Assembly (NCBI GenBank): GCA_964016885.1
Contig: OZ024755.1
Coordinates: forward strand, 27,776,001-27,840,000
DNA: 64,000 nt
Direction: 5' to 3'
From: Eledone cirrhosa
Taxonomy: Eukaryota
Below, in pieces: positions 40,028 through 54,300 of this stretch. The translations under genes and the position numbers were made by a program. Under the pieces are notes generated by a model. That model saw nothing but the letters and a program-made list of their open reading frames with translations, searched no databases and was not told the DNA's origin. Numbering within the stretch: the stretch's first letter is position 1; each line of letters starts with the position of its first letter.

Positions 40028-40638
40028 ATGGTGGCTGCCAACTCGTTTTCGAGTACGGCCACTACTTTATATCCATGTAGGAGAACCCCTACCGATGCGC
40101 TGAACGAATGTGACTTTTTAGTCCAGCCAGCGACTTGAAAACTCTGGTACTAAGACTACACTTGTGACCATTATTGACACATAGTGCAGGGCCCATGGTA
40201 CCATGTGATGACAAGTGCAGAGAGATCTCCAGATATAAAGCAATGCCTGTGCTGTGAAGCTTTTTATAGTGAGCAAAGGCACTGCACAAAGCCAGTCCCA
40301 CTCTCTTAACAAGATGATATTTTACCAAAAAGAAGAACAAGTCAACATCATTGGATACCATCAGAGTTGCAGGTGTTATATCAGAGTTTTCTTCTCCTAG
40401 AATTCTGCCTTGACAAAGGCTAAGGGGTCATCTCTCCCGGTGATTTTGGATGGCTATTGAGTCTTAAGAGCTCCCTTGCCCTTTGACAGGTTTTGTTTTT
40501 AGTCCTGCAGGATGTCCAAAGTCACCCTCCTCACCAAGAAACCTTGGTGGGGTTGCCAGTTTAGTCGCCAACGACCCGACCATGAGACAGGTTGTACTGG
40601 GATACATGTACCAGTAGCACCAACTGGTGACCTGACAT
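40028..40638 (-). mobile_element. Bipartite non-autonomous RTE-derived element (~610 bp)
   Basis: RTE 5'UTR-like CTAGGAGAAG(G)AAAACTCTGA motif plus a 3' C2H2 remnant ([15 protein letters not shown]). Highly similar inverted copy at 47192-47803. Confidence 0.75.
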
Positions 40639-40777
40639 AATATATATACATACATATATACATATACATACATATATACATATACATACATATATACATA
40701 TACATACATATATATAGATATACATATACATATACATACATATATATATACATATATAAATATATACATATACATAC

Positions 40778-40810
<33 letters not shown>

Positions 40811-41078
40811 CATATATATACATATACATATATACATATATATACATATATATATATATATACATATACATACATATATATATATATATACATATACATA
40901 CATATATATATATAATACATATATATTATATATATACATATACATACATATATATATATAATATACATATACATATATACATATATATACATATATATAT
41001 ATATATACATATACATACATATATACATATACATATATACATATATATACATATATATATATATATACATATACATAC

Positions 41079-41110
<32 letters not shown>

Positions 41111-41112
41111 AC

Positions 41113-41144
<32 letters not shown>

Positions 41145-41190
41145 ACATATATATATACATATACATATATATACATATACATATATATAC

Positions 41191-41222
<32 letters not shown>

Positions 41223-41380
41223 ACATATATATATATACATACATATACATATATATATACATATACATATATATATACATATACATATACATACATATAC
41301 ATATATATATACATATACATATACATACATATACATACATATACATATATACATATACATATACATACATATACATACAT

Positions 41381-41421
<41 letters not shown>

Positions 41422-41920
41422 TATATACATATACATATACATACACACACATATATATATACATATACACACATATATATATACATATACACACATATAT
41501 ACATATACATATACACACATATATACATATACATATACACACATATATACATATACATATACACATATATATATATACATATACATATACACACATATAT
41601 ATATACATATACATATACACACATATATATATATACATATACACATATATATATATACATATACACATATATATATATACATATACACATATATATATAT
41701 ACATATACACATATATATATATACATATACACATATATATATATACATATACACATATATATATATACATATACACATATATATATATACATATACACAT
41801 ATATATATATACATATACACATATATATATACATATACACATATATATATACATATACACATATATATATATACATATACATATATATATATATACATAT
41901 ACATATATATATATATACAC

Positions 41921-41951
<31 letters not shown>

Positions 41952-42406
41952 CATATACACATATATATATATATACATATACACATATATATATATACAT
42001 ATACACATATATATATATACATATACACATATATATATATACATATACACATATATATATATATACATATACACATATATATATATACATATACACATAT
42101 ATATATATATACATATACACACATACACATATATATATATACATATACACACATACACATATATATATACATATACACACATACACATATATATATATAC
42201 ATATACACACATACATATATATACATATACACACATACATATATATACATATACACACATATATATATACATATACACACATATATATATACATATACAC
42301 ACATACACATATATATATATACATATACACACATATATATATATGCACATACACACATACACATATATATATATACATATACACACATATATATATACAT
42401 ATACAC

Positions 42407-42442
<36 letters not shown>

Positions 42443-42470
42443 TATTATATATATGTGTGTGTGTGTGTGA
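40639..42470. repeat. ~1.8-kb compound (TA)/(CA) microsatellite
   Basis: Directly visible; source of the 500-650 aa Y/I/M/C pseudo-ORFs. Confidence 0.97.
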
Positions 42471-42806
42471 GTGTCTGTGTGTATGTCTGAGTCAATACCT
42501 ATGTATGCCTATAGAAAGACATTGCTACTTAGAAAAGTGACGTAATTCATTGATTGTTTCCTTAAGTGACATCATAGACCAGTTTAATGTTTTGACGACA
42601 GACGAAAGAATAGAATATAGAACAAGTGACATCATAGACCAGTTTAATGTTTTGACAACAGACGAAAGAATATAGAACATAGGCAACTTTTATTATTGCG
42701 TCATTGCAAAATATATCGAACACATGACAATGTTGAGAATGTCTTTCAGTTCCCATTGGAATGGTAGAATTTAATAAAATTCTATTTAAAGCTACATTAT
42801 GAGTAA

Positions 42807-43734
42807 CTAGCTGACGTACCCAGCTTCGCCCGGGTAAACAGATAAGAGAAGACAGGTAAAAGAGAAAATGACTGTATTGGATGTTTGTCTGCTTGCAGTA
42901 TGAGGCGAGTCCATGGTGTCTGTGCGATACAAAAAACAGTAAAAAAAAAAAAATCTTCCAGATATACCAGATTCTTCGTTGTACCGTTTGTGCATAGTAT
43001 ATGAACAATTCTAAGTGCTCCCACCTAGAATAGTGACCTCTAGGAGATGGTTCATCTTCTGCCTGACTGTAAAACGTATCATTGCATAGACGTGGTTGTT
43101 TCACGTTTCTCAAAAGGATGATGGAAGTTCCAATCTTTTATATTATATGTAGATATAGATAATTAATTGTTTCTACGTTAGGCACAAGGCCAGCAATAAC
43201 CCAGTGCATTACTGGTACTTTATTTTATCGACCCCGTAGATATAGATAATTAATGATTTAATATAATATAAAAGATGATGCTCAGCCAGTTCGTCTTCAA
43301 CCATCGAAGCACGCCGTCGCTGCTTGGCTCCAGTGTTTCGTTGGCGTTGTTCAGCCAGCTCCTCTTCATTCACGGCGGCACATCTTCGCCTGAAGTTTGG
43401 TGTTCCGGTGGCGCTGTTCGGTCCGTTTTTCTTCATTCCTGGCTGCACGCCGTCGCCACTGTAGTTCACTGTTTGATAAAGTCGAATTGCTTTTACTTTC
43501 TGTGGAACGTTGCACGCGCGCACACACATAACACACGCACACATGGTAATAGTTACAGCGTTCACTTTGCCTCTCTGTTTCTTACTCTCCCCTCTCGCTC
43601 CCTCATTGGCATTATGCATATTAATTTAAGCTTGGCGTCGTTGAGGTGGGCGGAGTCATTTGAAATCCATGAATCAATGATAATCGAGAATTATGACACA
43701 CGGAATACTGACATTGTTGAAATTAATATATAGA
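42807..43734 (-). mobile_element. Non-autonomous Helitron in intron 1 of copy B
   Basis: 5' TC; 3' hairpin TACCCGGGCGAAGCTGGGTA plus CTAG; inserted between A and T with no TSD. The empty site GAGTAA|TGAAAA is at ~22672-22683 in copy A. Contains a relic charged repeat (EEELAEQRQRN...RRRASMVEDELAE) and a nested SINE piece. Confidence 0.88.
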
Positions 43735-44289
43735 TGAAAAGTTGAAGCTAGAAATCTCTAGAAGTGAAGTAACTTAATGAATATATACTGAAAGATGTTA
43801 GGTAAAACAATGTTTGAATCTTGAAATATGACGCGTTTCACACATTTCTTTTTGTAAGAAAATGATGATTGATTTTAAATCAGTGATATAATTTATGGAG
43901 AAAAACTCTGCATTTCAATATTACTCAATGTAAAATGTAATGCATGAAAAATTGGAAAACACTTTTTGTAATATATCAAATCAAAATTACATTATTAAAT
44001 CTTATTCTTATTTTGTTTCTTGTAAATTATTTTTTTTCAAAATATCAATTCAAAACTTTTGTGAATAGGCATCATATCTTGTCATTTACCTATGGTTTAA
44101 ATTTCATATAAATCGAAGGGAAAAAAATTTCAGCGGAGTTTTGTGCCTCCGGGTAACCCTTTAATTAAAATGAAATATACTTATCCAAGTACCCTGGGCA
44201 ATGTAGTTTCAGAATATATATAGTTATTGAGGTCTATCTCCAAAACCATAGGAGGTGTTCGTGAACAAACAAACATACACAGGAATACA

Positions 44290-44348
<59 letters not shown>

Positions 44349-44464
44349 GCGGTAGAACACTGGAAGGTAATATCCGTAGTGGTAGAGCACTCAGTCCATG
44401 GGACGAGTTAGGTAGAAGTGGTAACACAACAGGTAGTTCACCATACCGAGAACAATTGTTTCAC

Positions 44465-44868
44465 CTTAGCGGATCCTCAGCTCGTTGTGCTGGCCTCCCC
44501 ACAGCCCTGGCGGGCAGAATGGAGAAGGCGTTTCTCCGGAGGATGGTAAGGGAGATGCGCTGGAAGAGCCATTCTAACTCGTGAGGCTCACACCTGCGAC
44601 TGGCCAGCTCAGCGCCTATGGTGGTAAGTAGGGAGATAGCCCTAGGGCCAAGGACACCAGAAGTCTCTACTGCCAAGGGCACGACCGCAAACCTGTCGGA
44701 GAGCGACTTTGGACAACATTTTGAACTCTGCATTTAGCGTTATGGGCCTAAAATTATCTATATTGTCCCCCTTGTTCAGGTTTTTTCTCAGCAGTGCCAC
44801 CACTCCATGGCTCACAGAACTGGGAATTCTCCCATTCGGCTGCCAGTTGCAGTAGACGTCTACCAAGA
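44465..44868 (-). mobile_element. Fused L1/Tx1 RT fragment (44700-44868) and CRE-like RLE fragment (44465-44707)
   Basis: GVVALLRKNLNKGDNIDNFRPITLNAEFKMLSKV joined to DRFAVVPLAVETSGVLGPRA...FQRISLTILRRNAFSIL. Confidence 0.75.
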
Positions 44869-45308
44869 GGTCACAACTGTGTGGTCAAACCTGATAATAT
44901 TTCTTGAAATTGCGAATGACTAGGTGTTGACATAGCGCATTTCTGGTTTGGGGGAAATTTGGTCAACAATTTAGTTGTAGTAGTGATTAGTTTAGCTCTT
45001 TGCACTCTAAAATGGTCAGAAAACTTCGATATACGATAAACATAAGACCCACATGAATTGTAACGCATATACAAATAGATGTGTGTTTTGGTAGTTTGGG
45101 GCGAAAAATATAATTATTGGGTGAGGGCAATACTCTCCTCTCTCCACCGGCCTCTTAGTTTCACCACCCCTGTCCAGGTGAATAAGAATAATTCAGAAAA
45201 TAAACAAAGTTTAAAAGAATTAATACTTACGACTAGAAACAGGAAAAACTGGAGGTTTACAGGAAAAGTTAAACAGTTTACGATAAGTTTAAACGAAATT
45301 TAGTCTTG

Positions 45309-45347
45309 GAAATGGTGTGTGTTCGTATTAAGTTCGTATTTTATATA
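45309..45347 (-). promoter_or_regulatory. TATA box and Inr-like start, copy B
   Basis: TATATAAAA at 45347-45339 and CCATTT at ~45315-45310. Confidence 0.65.
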
Positions 45348-45436
45348 GCATTCTTGTTGTGGGAGGAGCTTGTCACACATGCTATCACATGTGTGTGTAC
45401 ATTCGTACGCGCGCATTTGTTTGTATATATACATAC

Positions 45437-45468
<32 letters not shown>

Positions 45469-45504
45469 ACATATACACACACACATACAAACACACATAC
45501 AAAC

Positions 45505-45557
<53 letters not shown>

Positions 45558-45666
45558 AGCACAGAGACACGTGAGCACTCGAGAGTCGGGGAATTAAGGT
45601 CAAAACTTGTTTACTTTAGAACAGCCAATACAAAAGGAAATACTATCAAAATACTATTAATCTGTC

Positions 45667-45764
<98 letters not shown>

Positions 45765-45766
45765 GA

Positions 45767-46670
45767 GTGGTGGATTGGCAGAGTCAGTAGAGCATCAGCA
45801 AAAATGCTTTGCCGTATTACTTAGTTACTATGTTCAGAGTTCAAATCTGCCGAGGCCAGCTTTGCCTTTCATCCCTTCGTGGGGGTCGATAAAATAGGGT
45901 ACAGGTGAAGTACTGGGGACGATTTAATCGACTTTCCCCTTCCCTAAAATGTTTGGCTTTGTACCAATGTTAGAATATGGTTTCTGATTTAGGCACAAGG
46001 CCAGCGATTTGGGGGGTAGGGGTCGGGGAAAGTCGATTAAATCGATCCCAGTTCATTACTGGTATTTTATTTTATAGAACACGTAAGGATAAAAGGCAAA
46101 GCTAGCCTCGGCGGGATTTGAACTCAGAACGTAAAGGACCGTAACTCTATGCCGCTAAGCCTGTTGTCCGATGTTCTACCGATTCTGCTAATCCACCGTA
46201 TGGTGAAATGATTGTTTCTACTTTAGGCACAAGGCCAGCAATTTGGGGGAGGGGGAAGTCGATTAAATCGACCTCAGTGCATTACTGGTACTTTATTTTA
46301 TCGACCCCCGTAAGGATGAAAGGCAAAGTTAACCTCGGCGGTATTTGAACTCAGAACGTAAAGAGCCTTAACTCTATGCTGCAAAGCATGTTGTCCGACG
46401 CTCCACAATCCTAATAATGATAATAATAATTGCTTCTACTTTTGGCACAAGGCCAGCAATTACCTCTGTGCATTAGGGCGGTGGATTGGCAGTATCGGTA
46501 GAGGGCCGGACAACATGCTTAGACGCATAGAGTTACCGCCCTTTAGGTTCTGTATTCAAATCCCGCCGAGGTTAGCTTTGCCTTTCATCCTTACGGGGGT
46601 CGATAAAATAAAGTACCAGTAATGTACTGGGATATTTGCTGGCCTTGTGCCAAAAGTAGAAACAATTATT
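45767..46670. mobile_element. SINE family 1 cluster in mixed orientation
   Basis: At least four copies with the B box and GCCTTTCATCCTTACGGGGTCGATAAAAT core. Confidence 0.85.
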
Positions 46671-47191
46671 AAGTTGTGTGTAAAGAGGCCCGAGATGGAG
46701 AAGAAGCTCAGGGACAACCAGGTTGGTTTCGGAGAGGGAAGATCAACCACCAGTCACATCCTGATACTGAGGAGGATATTAGGGTAATATTATCGGACAT
46801 TTTTTTTCTTTTTTTGAGGGGAGGGGAGTGGTGGTGGAGTGCGTCTTATACGGGGTCGATAAAATAAAGCATCTCCCCCCGCAAAAAATTGTTGGCCTTG
46901 TGCCGATAGTAGAAATCATTGTTTCCTTTCTTTATATCAGTTGTCAGAAGACAACTGATTCTTCACACTTGTTTAAGCTGTCAGTAAAGATGTCACCAAT
47001 TTCTTTAGTTATGAGTGAAGATCATAGTTTGTGACAAAACATATACCAATGTCATAATAACTAGACATCCGTTGGTCAGTCTAGTGTCACTTGGTGCTTT
47101 CTGCCGATGCATGCCTGCATGCATGCATGTATGTATGTATGTATGTATGTATGTATGTATGTATGTATGTATGTATGTATGTATGTATGTA

Positions 47192-47803
47192 TGTCAGGTC
47201 ACCACTTGGTGCTACTGGTAACATGTATCCCAGTACAACCTGTCTCATGGTCGGGTCGTTGGCGACTAAACTGGCAACCCCACCAAGGTTTCTTGGTGAG
47301 GAGGGTGACTTTGGACATCCTGCAGGACTAAAAACAAAACCTGTCAAAGGGCAAAGGAGCTCGTAAGAGTCAATGGCCATCCAAAATCACCGGGAGAGAT
47401 GACCTCTTAGCCTTTGTCAAGGCATAATTCTAGGAGAAGGAAAACTCTGATATAACACCTGAAACCCTGATGGTATCCAATGATGTTGACTTGTTCTTCT
47501 TTTTGGTAAATATCATCTTGGTTAAGAGGGTGGGACTGGCTTTGTGCAGTGCCTTTGCTCACTATAAAAGCTTCACGGCACAGGCATTGCTTTATATCTG
47601 GAGATCTCTCTGCACTTGTCATCACATGGTACCATGGGCCCAGCACTATGTGTCAATAATTGTCAGAAGTGTAGTGTTTGAACCAGAGTTTTCAAGTCGC
47701 TGGCTGGACTAAAAAGTCACACTCGTTCAGCGCATCGGTAGGGGTTCTCCTACATGGATATAAAGTAGTGGCCGTACTCGAAAACGAGTTGGCAGCCACC
47801 ATG
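47192..47803 (+). mobile_element. Bipartite non-autonomous RTE-derived element inserted in (TATG)n
   Basis: Reverse-complement match to 40028-40638; (TATG)n on both sides. Confidence 0.78.
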
Positions 47804-50159
47804 TATGTATGCATGTTCTGGTTTTATAATTTCACAAATTCTTTTTCCCAATAAAGAGAGAGTCGGTTTCTAACATAGGCACAATACTCTCTCATTGGAA
47901 TTTACACAACATCAACTACGTAGATTATGTATACATGCATGCATGTGTAGATATGGATGTTATTGTATGTGTGGATGTGTATGTTTTGAGTTGTATGTGT
48001 GCATGTGTATATGCTTTGTATCTGTAGATGTGTATATGCAGTTATTAGATGCAAAATGTTTGGAATGTTTTACATATTTTTACTGTTCTATTAATGGATT
48101 GTACTTGTAATTTCCTAACTAGTTGTGTTCTTTCTGTTCCTGTGAAGCCTAGCTTCTCAAGATTTGTCATCAATTGTCCATAGATATACTTCTCTTGTAT
48201 TTTTCTACAAATTGACTGTTGACTTCTAAAACCGAACAGGTTTTCGTCTACGGTTCTACCAAACAGTATCGGGGCCATTTGGGGTTTAATTTAGAGGCAG
48301 TTATATTTTGCTGCTGTTGTTGCTGTTTGTTTTTGTTTTGTTCTTTTTGTTTATGTTCCACCAATATTTTGAACAATCAGTCTTAATATACTTGTACATA
48401 TATAAACATATATTCATGAAGGCGTGTGGCTGAGTGGTTAGAGAATTGTATTCGCAATCGTGAGGTTGTGAGTTCGACTTCTGGACCGGGCGATGGGTTA
48501 TGTCCTTGAGCAAAAAACCTTATTTCACGTTGCTCCTTCTACCTGGAGTTGCGACCGACCGATAGATAGAATTAGCAATTGGAAAGACCAATGGGAACAT
48601 TGTTTCCTCGGTCCGATTTTACAAAAGTCGATCGACTGTCGATATATTCATTTTTATTTTCATCTTTTCTTAGTGCATTCTAGATTGTTCTGGCTACACA
48701 ACATATTTCATGGAAGTTGGCTACACTGTGACTAACACCTTTGATCTGTTTTACACATCTTACACATTTCTTGTCACCTGATGACTTCTCTGTTTTGTAC
48801 ATCAGGTATTCTTCAAAAGAAGATATGAACTTTTCAGAACTTCATGCCAGACTTTTGGTATGGTTTATCCACTCTAACGTCTACGTTTTTTGTTTCAAGT
48901 ACCCATATACAACCCTCGCAGTGAACGGGTCGATTTTATATGATTTTATTTGAGTATTGAGTAGAGTTTTCTAATGTTCATGGAAGAGAGATCGATGTCA
49001 GCTATTATTTCATATCACTTTTTAAGTTCAGAAATCAAGTTTTGTAGAAATCAAGCCCAAATCAGTTCTGCATGAGCACAACATGGTCAGTAGAGCTGGC
49101 ATTGCCCATTTAGTTGTCATTATAACCTTTTAGTGGCCTTTATGATCTGAGTTCAAATCCCGCCAAGGTTAACTTTGCCTTTCATCCTTACTGTGTCGAT
49201 AAAATAAAGTACCAGTAATGCACTGGTGTCGATTTAATTGACCCCCCCCCCCCCCCCCAATTGCTGGCCTTGTGTCTATATAAGAAACCATTATTTCCAT
49301 GCTTAGAAACTTGGTTGAGGTGGTTGCTGACTTTTTCTTCTGTTGAAGATATTACTTCAGGCTTATTTATCTTGGTCTCCTATTATTTATTATTATTTAT
49401 ACAGATTTTAGGCCAAGGCTGCCTTTTAACGAAGGGATATTAGTAGTAATTGTTAGAAGGATTATAACAGTTGTTAGATGAAACAACAAGAACAGCGATT
49501 TACTTCATATATAAAAGTTTACTTCACTTCTTTCAAAAGAACAATCAAGTTACCACGAGTTGCGAAGGTTGACAATCTTTTTGTTGTTGATGTCAAAACA
49601 GCGAACGACCAGATAACATTTGTTGGTGGTTAAAGTTCGTTGCAGTCTGTCGTAGCAGCTCTCGTCCTGAGTCTATTCTCCCTCTCTCTTCCGCCGACTA
49701 TTTATATCCCCCAGCTTTCTGTCCCCTGCCTCGAGGGATCGCCCACGCATCCACCTGTCAACGCCAAAAGGGTGGTGGCCTACAATTTGACTTTTAGGTG
49801 TCATCCAGGGTTCGAGGTGTGGACAGGTTTCGCTACAGCCTTACTAGCGTGGGAAACAGAGTCTGTCTACATCCTCATTGATGTTAAATAACTGTTTCTA
49901 CTTTAGGCACAAGGCCAGCAATTACCCAGTGCATTACTGGTACTTTATTTTATCGACCCCGTAAGGATGAAAGGCAAAGTCAACCTCGGCGGGATTTGAA
50001 CTCAGAATGGCAAGGGCTGTAACTCTATGGGTAAAGGGACGTAACTCTATGCGTAAAGGGCTGTAACTCTATCGTAAAGGGACGTAACTATGCTGGAAAG
50101 CATGGTGTCTGACCCTCTACCGATACTGCCAATCCATCGAGCTGCTTGCAAGTTCTTAT

Positions 50160-50535
50160 AGCCATCTCGTTCAGTTATTCAAACGAACCTTAGCAAAACC
50201 ATTCCAAATTCTATTCGAAAGCTTCTCGTTAGTGGTAAACGCTCCAGAAAGAGACATATGTCTTATCTTTAAGGGAGGAAGCAGAACAGATGCTAACAAT
50301 TACTGACCTGTCTTTCCGATCTCATATATTAGCAAAGTCATGGAAGGAATTATCAGGGGGAAACTAATTAATCTCCTGGAGGTAAATAACTTGCTAACTA
50401 ACACCCATGGCCCTCGTCTAGGAAGAAAGTACCTTACATCGAGTTTGTAGCATTATAACAACTGCTAAATCGCCCAAACGTGGATGTGATATATTTCGAC
50501 TTTGCAATTGCCTTCAGTAAGGTTGACTATGACGT
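50160..50535 (+). mobile_element. Decayed CR1-like LINE reverse transcriptase fragment
   Basis: IFKGGSRTDANNY*PV...ISKVMEGII...VDVIYFDFAIAFSKVD. Confidence 0.7.
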
Positions 50536-50623
50536 ATGTATTTTAAACCTGGCAGAGACCTTCATTCTCCAGAGAAGGAGAAAGAATGTAGTACATGTGT
50601 GTGTGTGTGTGTATGTGTGTGTG

Positions 50624-50723
<100 letters not shown>

Positions 50724-51312
50724 ATGAAAGCGATAGAGAGGAAAAATCGATCCTATTATTGGGATGAAATGCAAAGTTGACCTCGGCGGTATTTGAACTC
50801 ACAACACAAACAACACAAACTAATCCCGCGAAATATTCCACCCGACGTTCCAACGACTCTGTCAATTCACACCCCGCTCTTATCCCGTCAGTCGCTACCC
50901 AACACAAACAATGATGAAATAAATATTTCTTTTTTCGGAGTTGTGACGTTTTATCTTTCGAAAGAAATTTAAATAAAAATGAACAAAAGCGATAATTAAA
51001 AACCGTTTATCTGACTCATTTCTGCGTCAATTTACTCTGTAGAAGCTAGCTTATTTACTTATTTATGTTAAACATAATCCATAAAATCTTAAATGAGAAT
51101 CTATAATTTCAACACCTGGTATCGATTTCTTGAGAATGCCGATAACCGTGGCATTGCAACAGCTGATTGATTGAAGGACAAATACATCAACTATTCTACG
51201 ATATATTCAACTATGGCCTATATATTGTGTAAATACATGCGATATAAAATTTGTTGATGTGACAAGAACAATAACTGAGTCATATTCGCATACATTTTTA
51301 AGCAATAATAAT

Positions 51313-54300
51313 TTTTTCTATTTTTGGCACAAGGCCAGCAATTATCTCAGTGTATTACTGGTACTTTATTTTATCGACCCCGTAAGGATGAAAGGCAAAG
51401 TTAACCTCGGCGGGATTTGAACTCAGATCATAAAGGGCCGTAACTCTTTGCTGCAAAGCATGGCGTCCGACCCTCTACCGATACTGCCAATCCATAATAA
51501 TAATAATTGTTTCTACTTTTTGGCAGAAGGCCAGCAATTACCCAGTGCATTACTGGTACTTTATTTTATCGACCCCGTAAGGATGAAAGGCAAAGTCAAC
51601 CTCGGCGGGATTTGAACTCAGAATGGCAAGGACCGTAACTCTGTGCGTCAAAGCATAGCGTCCGACCCTCTACCGATACTGCCAATCCACATTGGTTTCT
51701 GATTTAGGTACAAGGCCAACCATTTTGGGGCAGAGGAAAGCCGATTAAATCAATCCCAGCGCATTACTGATGCTTTATTTATCGACCCAGTAAGGAGGAA
51801 AAGCAAAGCTAACCTCGGCGGGATTTGAAGTCAGAACGTAAAGAGCCGTAACTCTATAACGCAAAGCATGTTGCCCGACACTCTACCGATACTGCCCTAA
51901 TAATAATAATAATGATAATAATTGTTTCTACTTTAGGCACATAGCCAGCAATTATCCAGTGCATTACTGGTACTTTATTTTATCGACCCCGTAAGGATGA
52001 AAGGCAAAGTCAACCTCGGCGGGATTTGAACTCAGATCGTAAAGGGACGTAACTATGCTGGAAAGCATGGCGTCCGACCCTCTACTGATAGTGCCAATCC
52101 ATGTTTTCTTTATTAACCACAAGGGTTGACATAAAGTATAACATTGAGGACAGCACAGGGCGGTACAAATGGGCATTTCTGCGTGTAAAGTAAAAAACAG
52201 AAAATGATAAAAAAGAAACAGGAAAATTCCTCAATAGGGGGGAGACTTCCGAGGGACATTCGTGGAGAAAGCCCATTAAAAAAGTCAAGGTGACCCTGAC
52301 CATCTGGGCAAGTGCCCCCTCCCAGTTTTCCACCTTCAATCTACAGGCGCATAGTCAGAGCAGGCCCATTCACTCGGACCATGCTTGCCTCTCTCACCCA
52401 TCTTTCAACAAAATGCTGGGAAGAGAGCACTTCACTCTCTACCCTGATTTTCCTTTTCAAATGAAATTTGAAAAAGTTAATCAGGGCATCACCGAAGAGG
52501 TAAGTGCTCGTCTTCAGCACTTACAATCATAATAATAATTGTTTCTACTTTAGGCACAAGGCCAGCAATTACTCAGTGCATTACTGGTACTTTACTTTAT
52601 CGACATCGTAAGGATGAAAGGCAAAGTTAACCTCGACGGGATTTGAACTCAGAATGACAAGGGCCGTAACTTTATAACATGAAAAAAAAACATCACAGAC
52701 GGCACAGGACGATACAAAGTGGGTTTTGGCCGTGTAAAAAAGGTTATAACAAGAAGATAGAAATATCAAAAAGATTCAAACAACAAAAATTCCCCAATAG
52801 GGGAGAAACTTCCGAGGGTCACTCGTGGCGAAAACCACACAAAAGACCACGGTCACCCAGACCACCAAGGCAAGCGCCCTCTCTCAGTTTTCCACTCCTC
52901 AGTCTACAGGCGCATACTCAGAGCGGGCCCGTTCACTCGGACCAGACTCGCCACTTTCACCCACATTTCAACAAACTTACTAGAAGACAGCACTTTTGAA
53001 AAAGTTAATCAGGGTTAGGGTTAGGGTTAATAATAATAATTGTTTCTACTTTAGGCACAAGGCCAGCAATTACCCAGTGCATTACTGGTACTTTATTTTA
53101 TCGACCTCGTAAGGATGAAAGGCAAAGTCAACCTCGGCGGGATTTGAACTCAGATCGTAAAGGGACGTAACTATGCTGGAAAGCATGGCGTCCGACCCTC
53201 CACCGATACTGCCAATCCACCGCCCTACCTAGGGTTAATAATAATAATAATTCTTATAAAGGCACAAGGCCAGCAACTTTTTGGTGGGGAGAAAGTCGAT
53301 TAAATCGGCACCAGTGCGTGACTGGTACTTTATTTTATCGACCACGTAAGGATGAAAGGCAAAGTTAATCTCGGCAGGATTTGAACTCAGACCATAAAGC
53401 GCCATAACTCTATGCAGCAATGCATGGCGTCTGACGCTGCTTATACAATACTATAAAATTGTAGATGGTGTAACAATTACATTGTGTGGTGTAACACGAC
53501 ATTTGTTTACACGAGAATGGTCCAGGATGTAAGATTATCGTTGTATGATGTAATAATTGTGGTGATCAATATTGATGATGATCAACACCGAGTTATGTCC
53601 CTTTACGGTCTGAGTTCAAATGCCGCCGAGGTTAACTTTGCCTTTCATCCTTACGGGGTTGGTAAAATAAAGTACCAGTAATATACACCGGGGAAAATTG
53701 CTGGCCTTGTGCCAAAAATAGAAAACAATTATTACACTATACAGTGTAATAATGGCGATGATACTTTGTTACCACCACGCGGTGGATTGGCAGTATCGGT
53801 AGAGGGTCGGACGCCATGCTTTGCAGCAAAGAGTTACGGCCCTTTATAAGTCTGAGTTCAAATCCCGCCGAGGTTAACTTTGCCTTTCATCGTTACGGGG
53901 TCGATAAAATAAAGTACCAGTAATGTACTGCATAATTGCTGGCCTTGTGTCTAAAGTAGAAACAATTATTTTACGGGTCGTGGATTGGCAGTATCGGCAG
54001 AGGGTCGGACGCTATGCTTTGCAGCACAGAGTTACGGCCCTTTATGATTAAGTTAACTTTGGTTAACTTTGCCTTTCATCCTTACGGGGTCGATAAAATA
54101 AAGTACCAGTCACGCACTGGGGTCGATTAAATCGACTTTCCCCTCCCCCCCAAATTACTGGCCTTGTGCCTATATAAAGGGCGGTGGATTGGCAGTATCG
54201 GTGGAGGGTTGGATTATGCTTTCCAGCATAGTTACGTCCCTTTACGATTTGAGTTCAATTCCCGCCAAGGTTAACTTTGCCTTTCATCCTTACGGGGTCG

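Noticed and set aside
48418-48490. tRNA-like sequence
   Set aside because: It is the head of a multi-copy SINE, and the acceptor stem does not close.
49469-49872. Possible solo LTR (TG...CA with TATA-like motif)
   Set aside because: No target-site duplication and no second copy in the window.
53010-53030. Telomeric (TTAGGG)n
   Set aside because: Only about three units, too short to indicate a telomere or fusion site.
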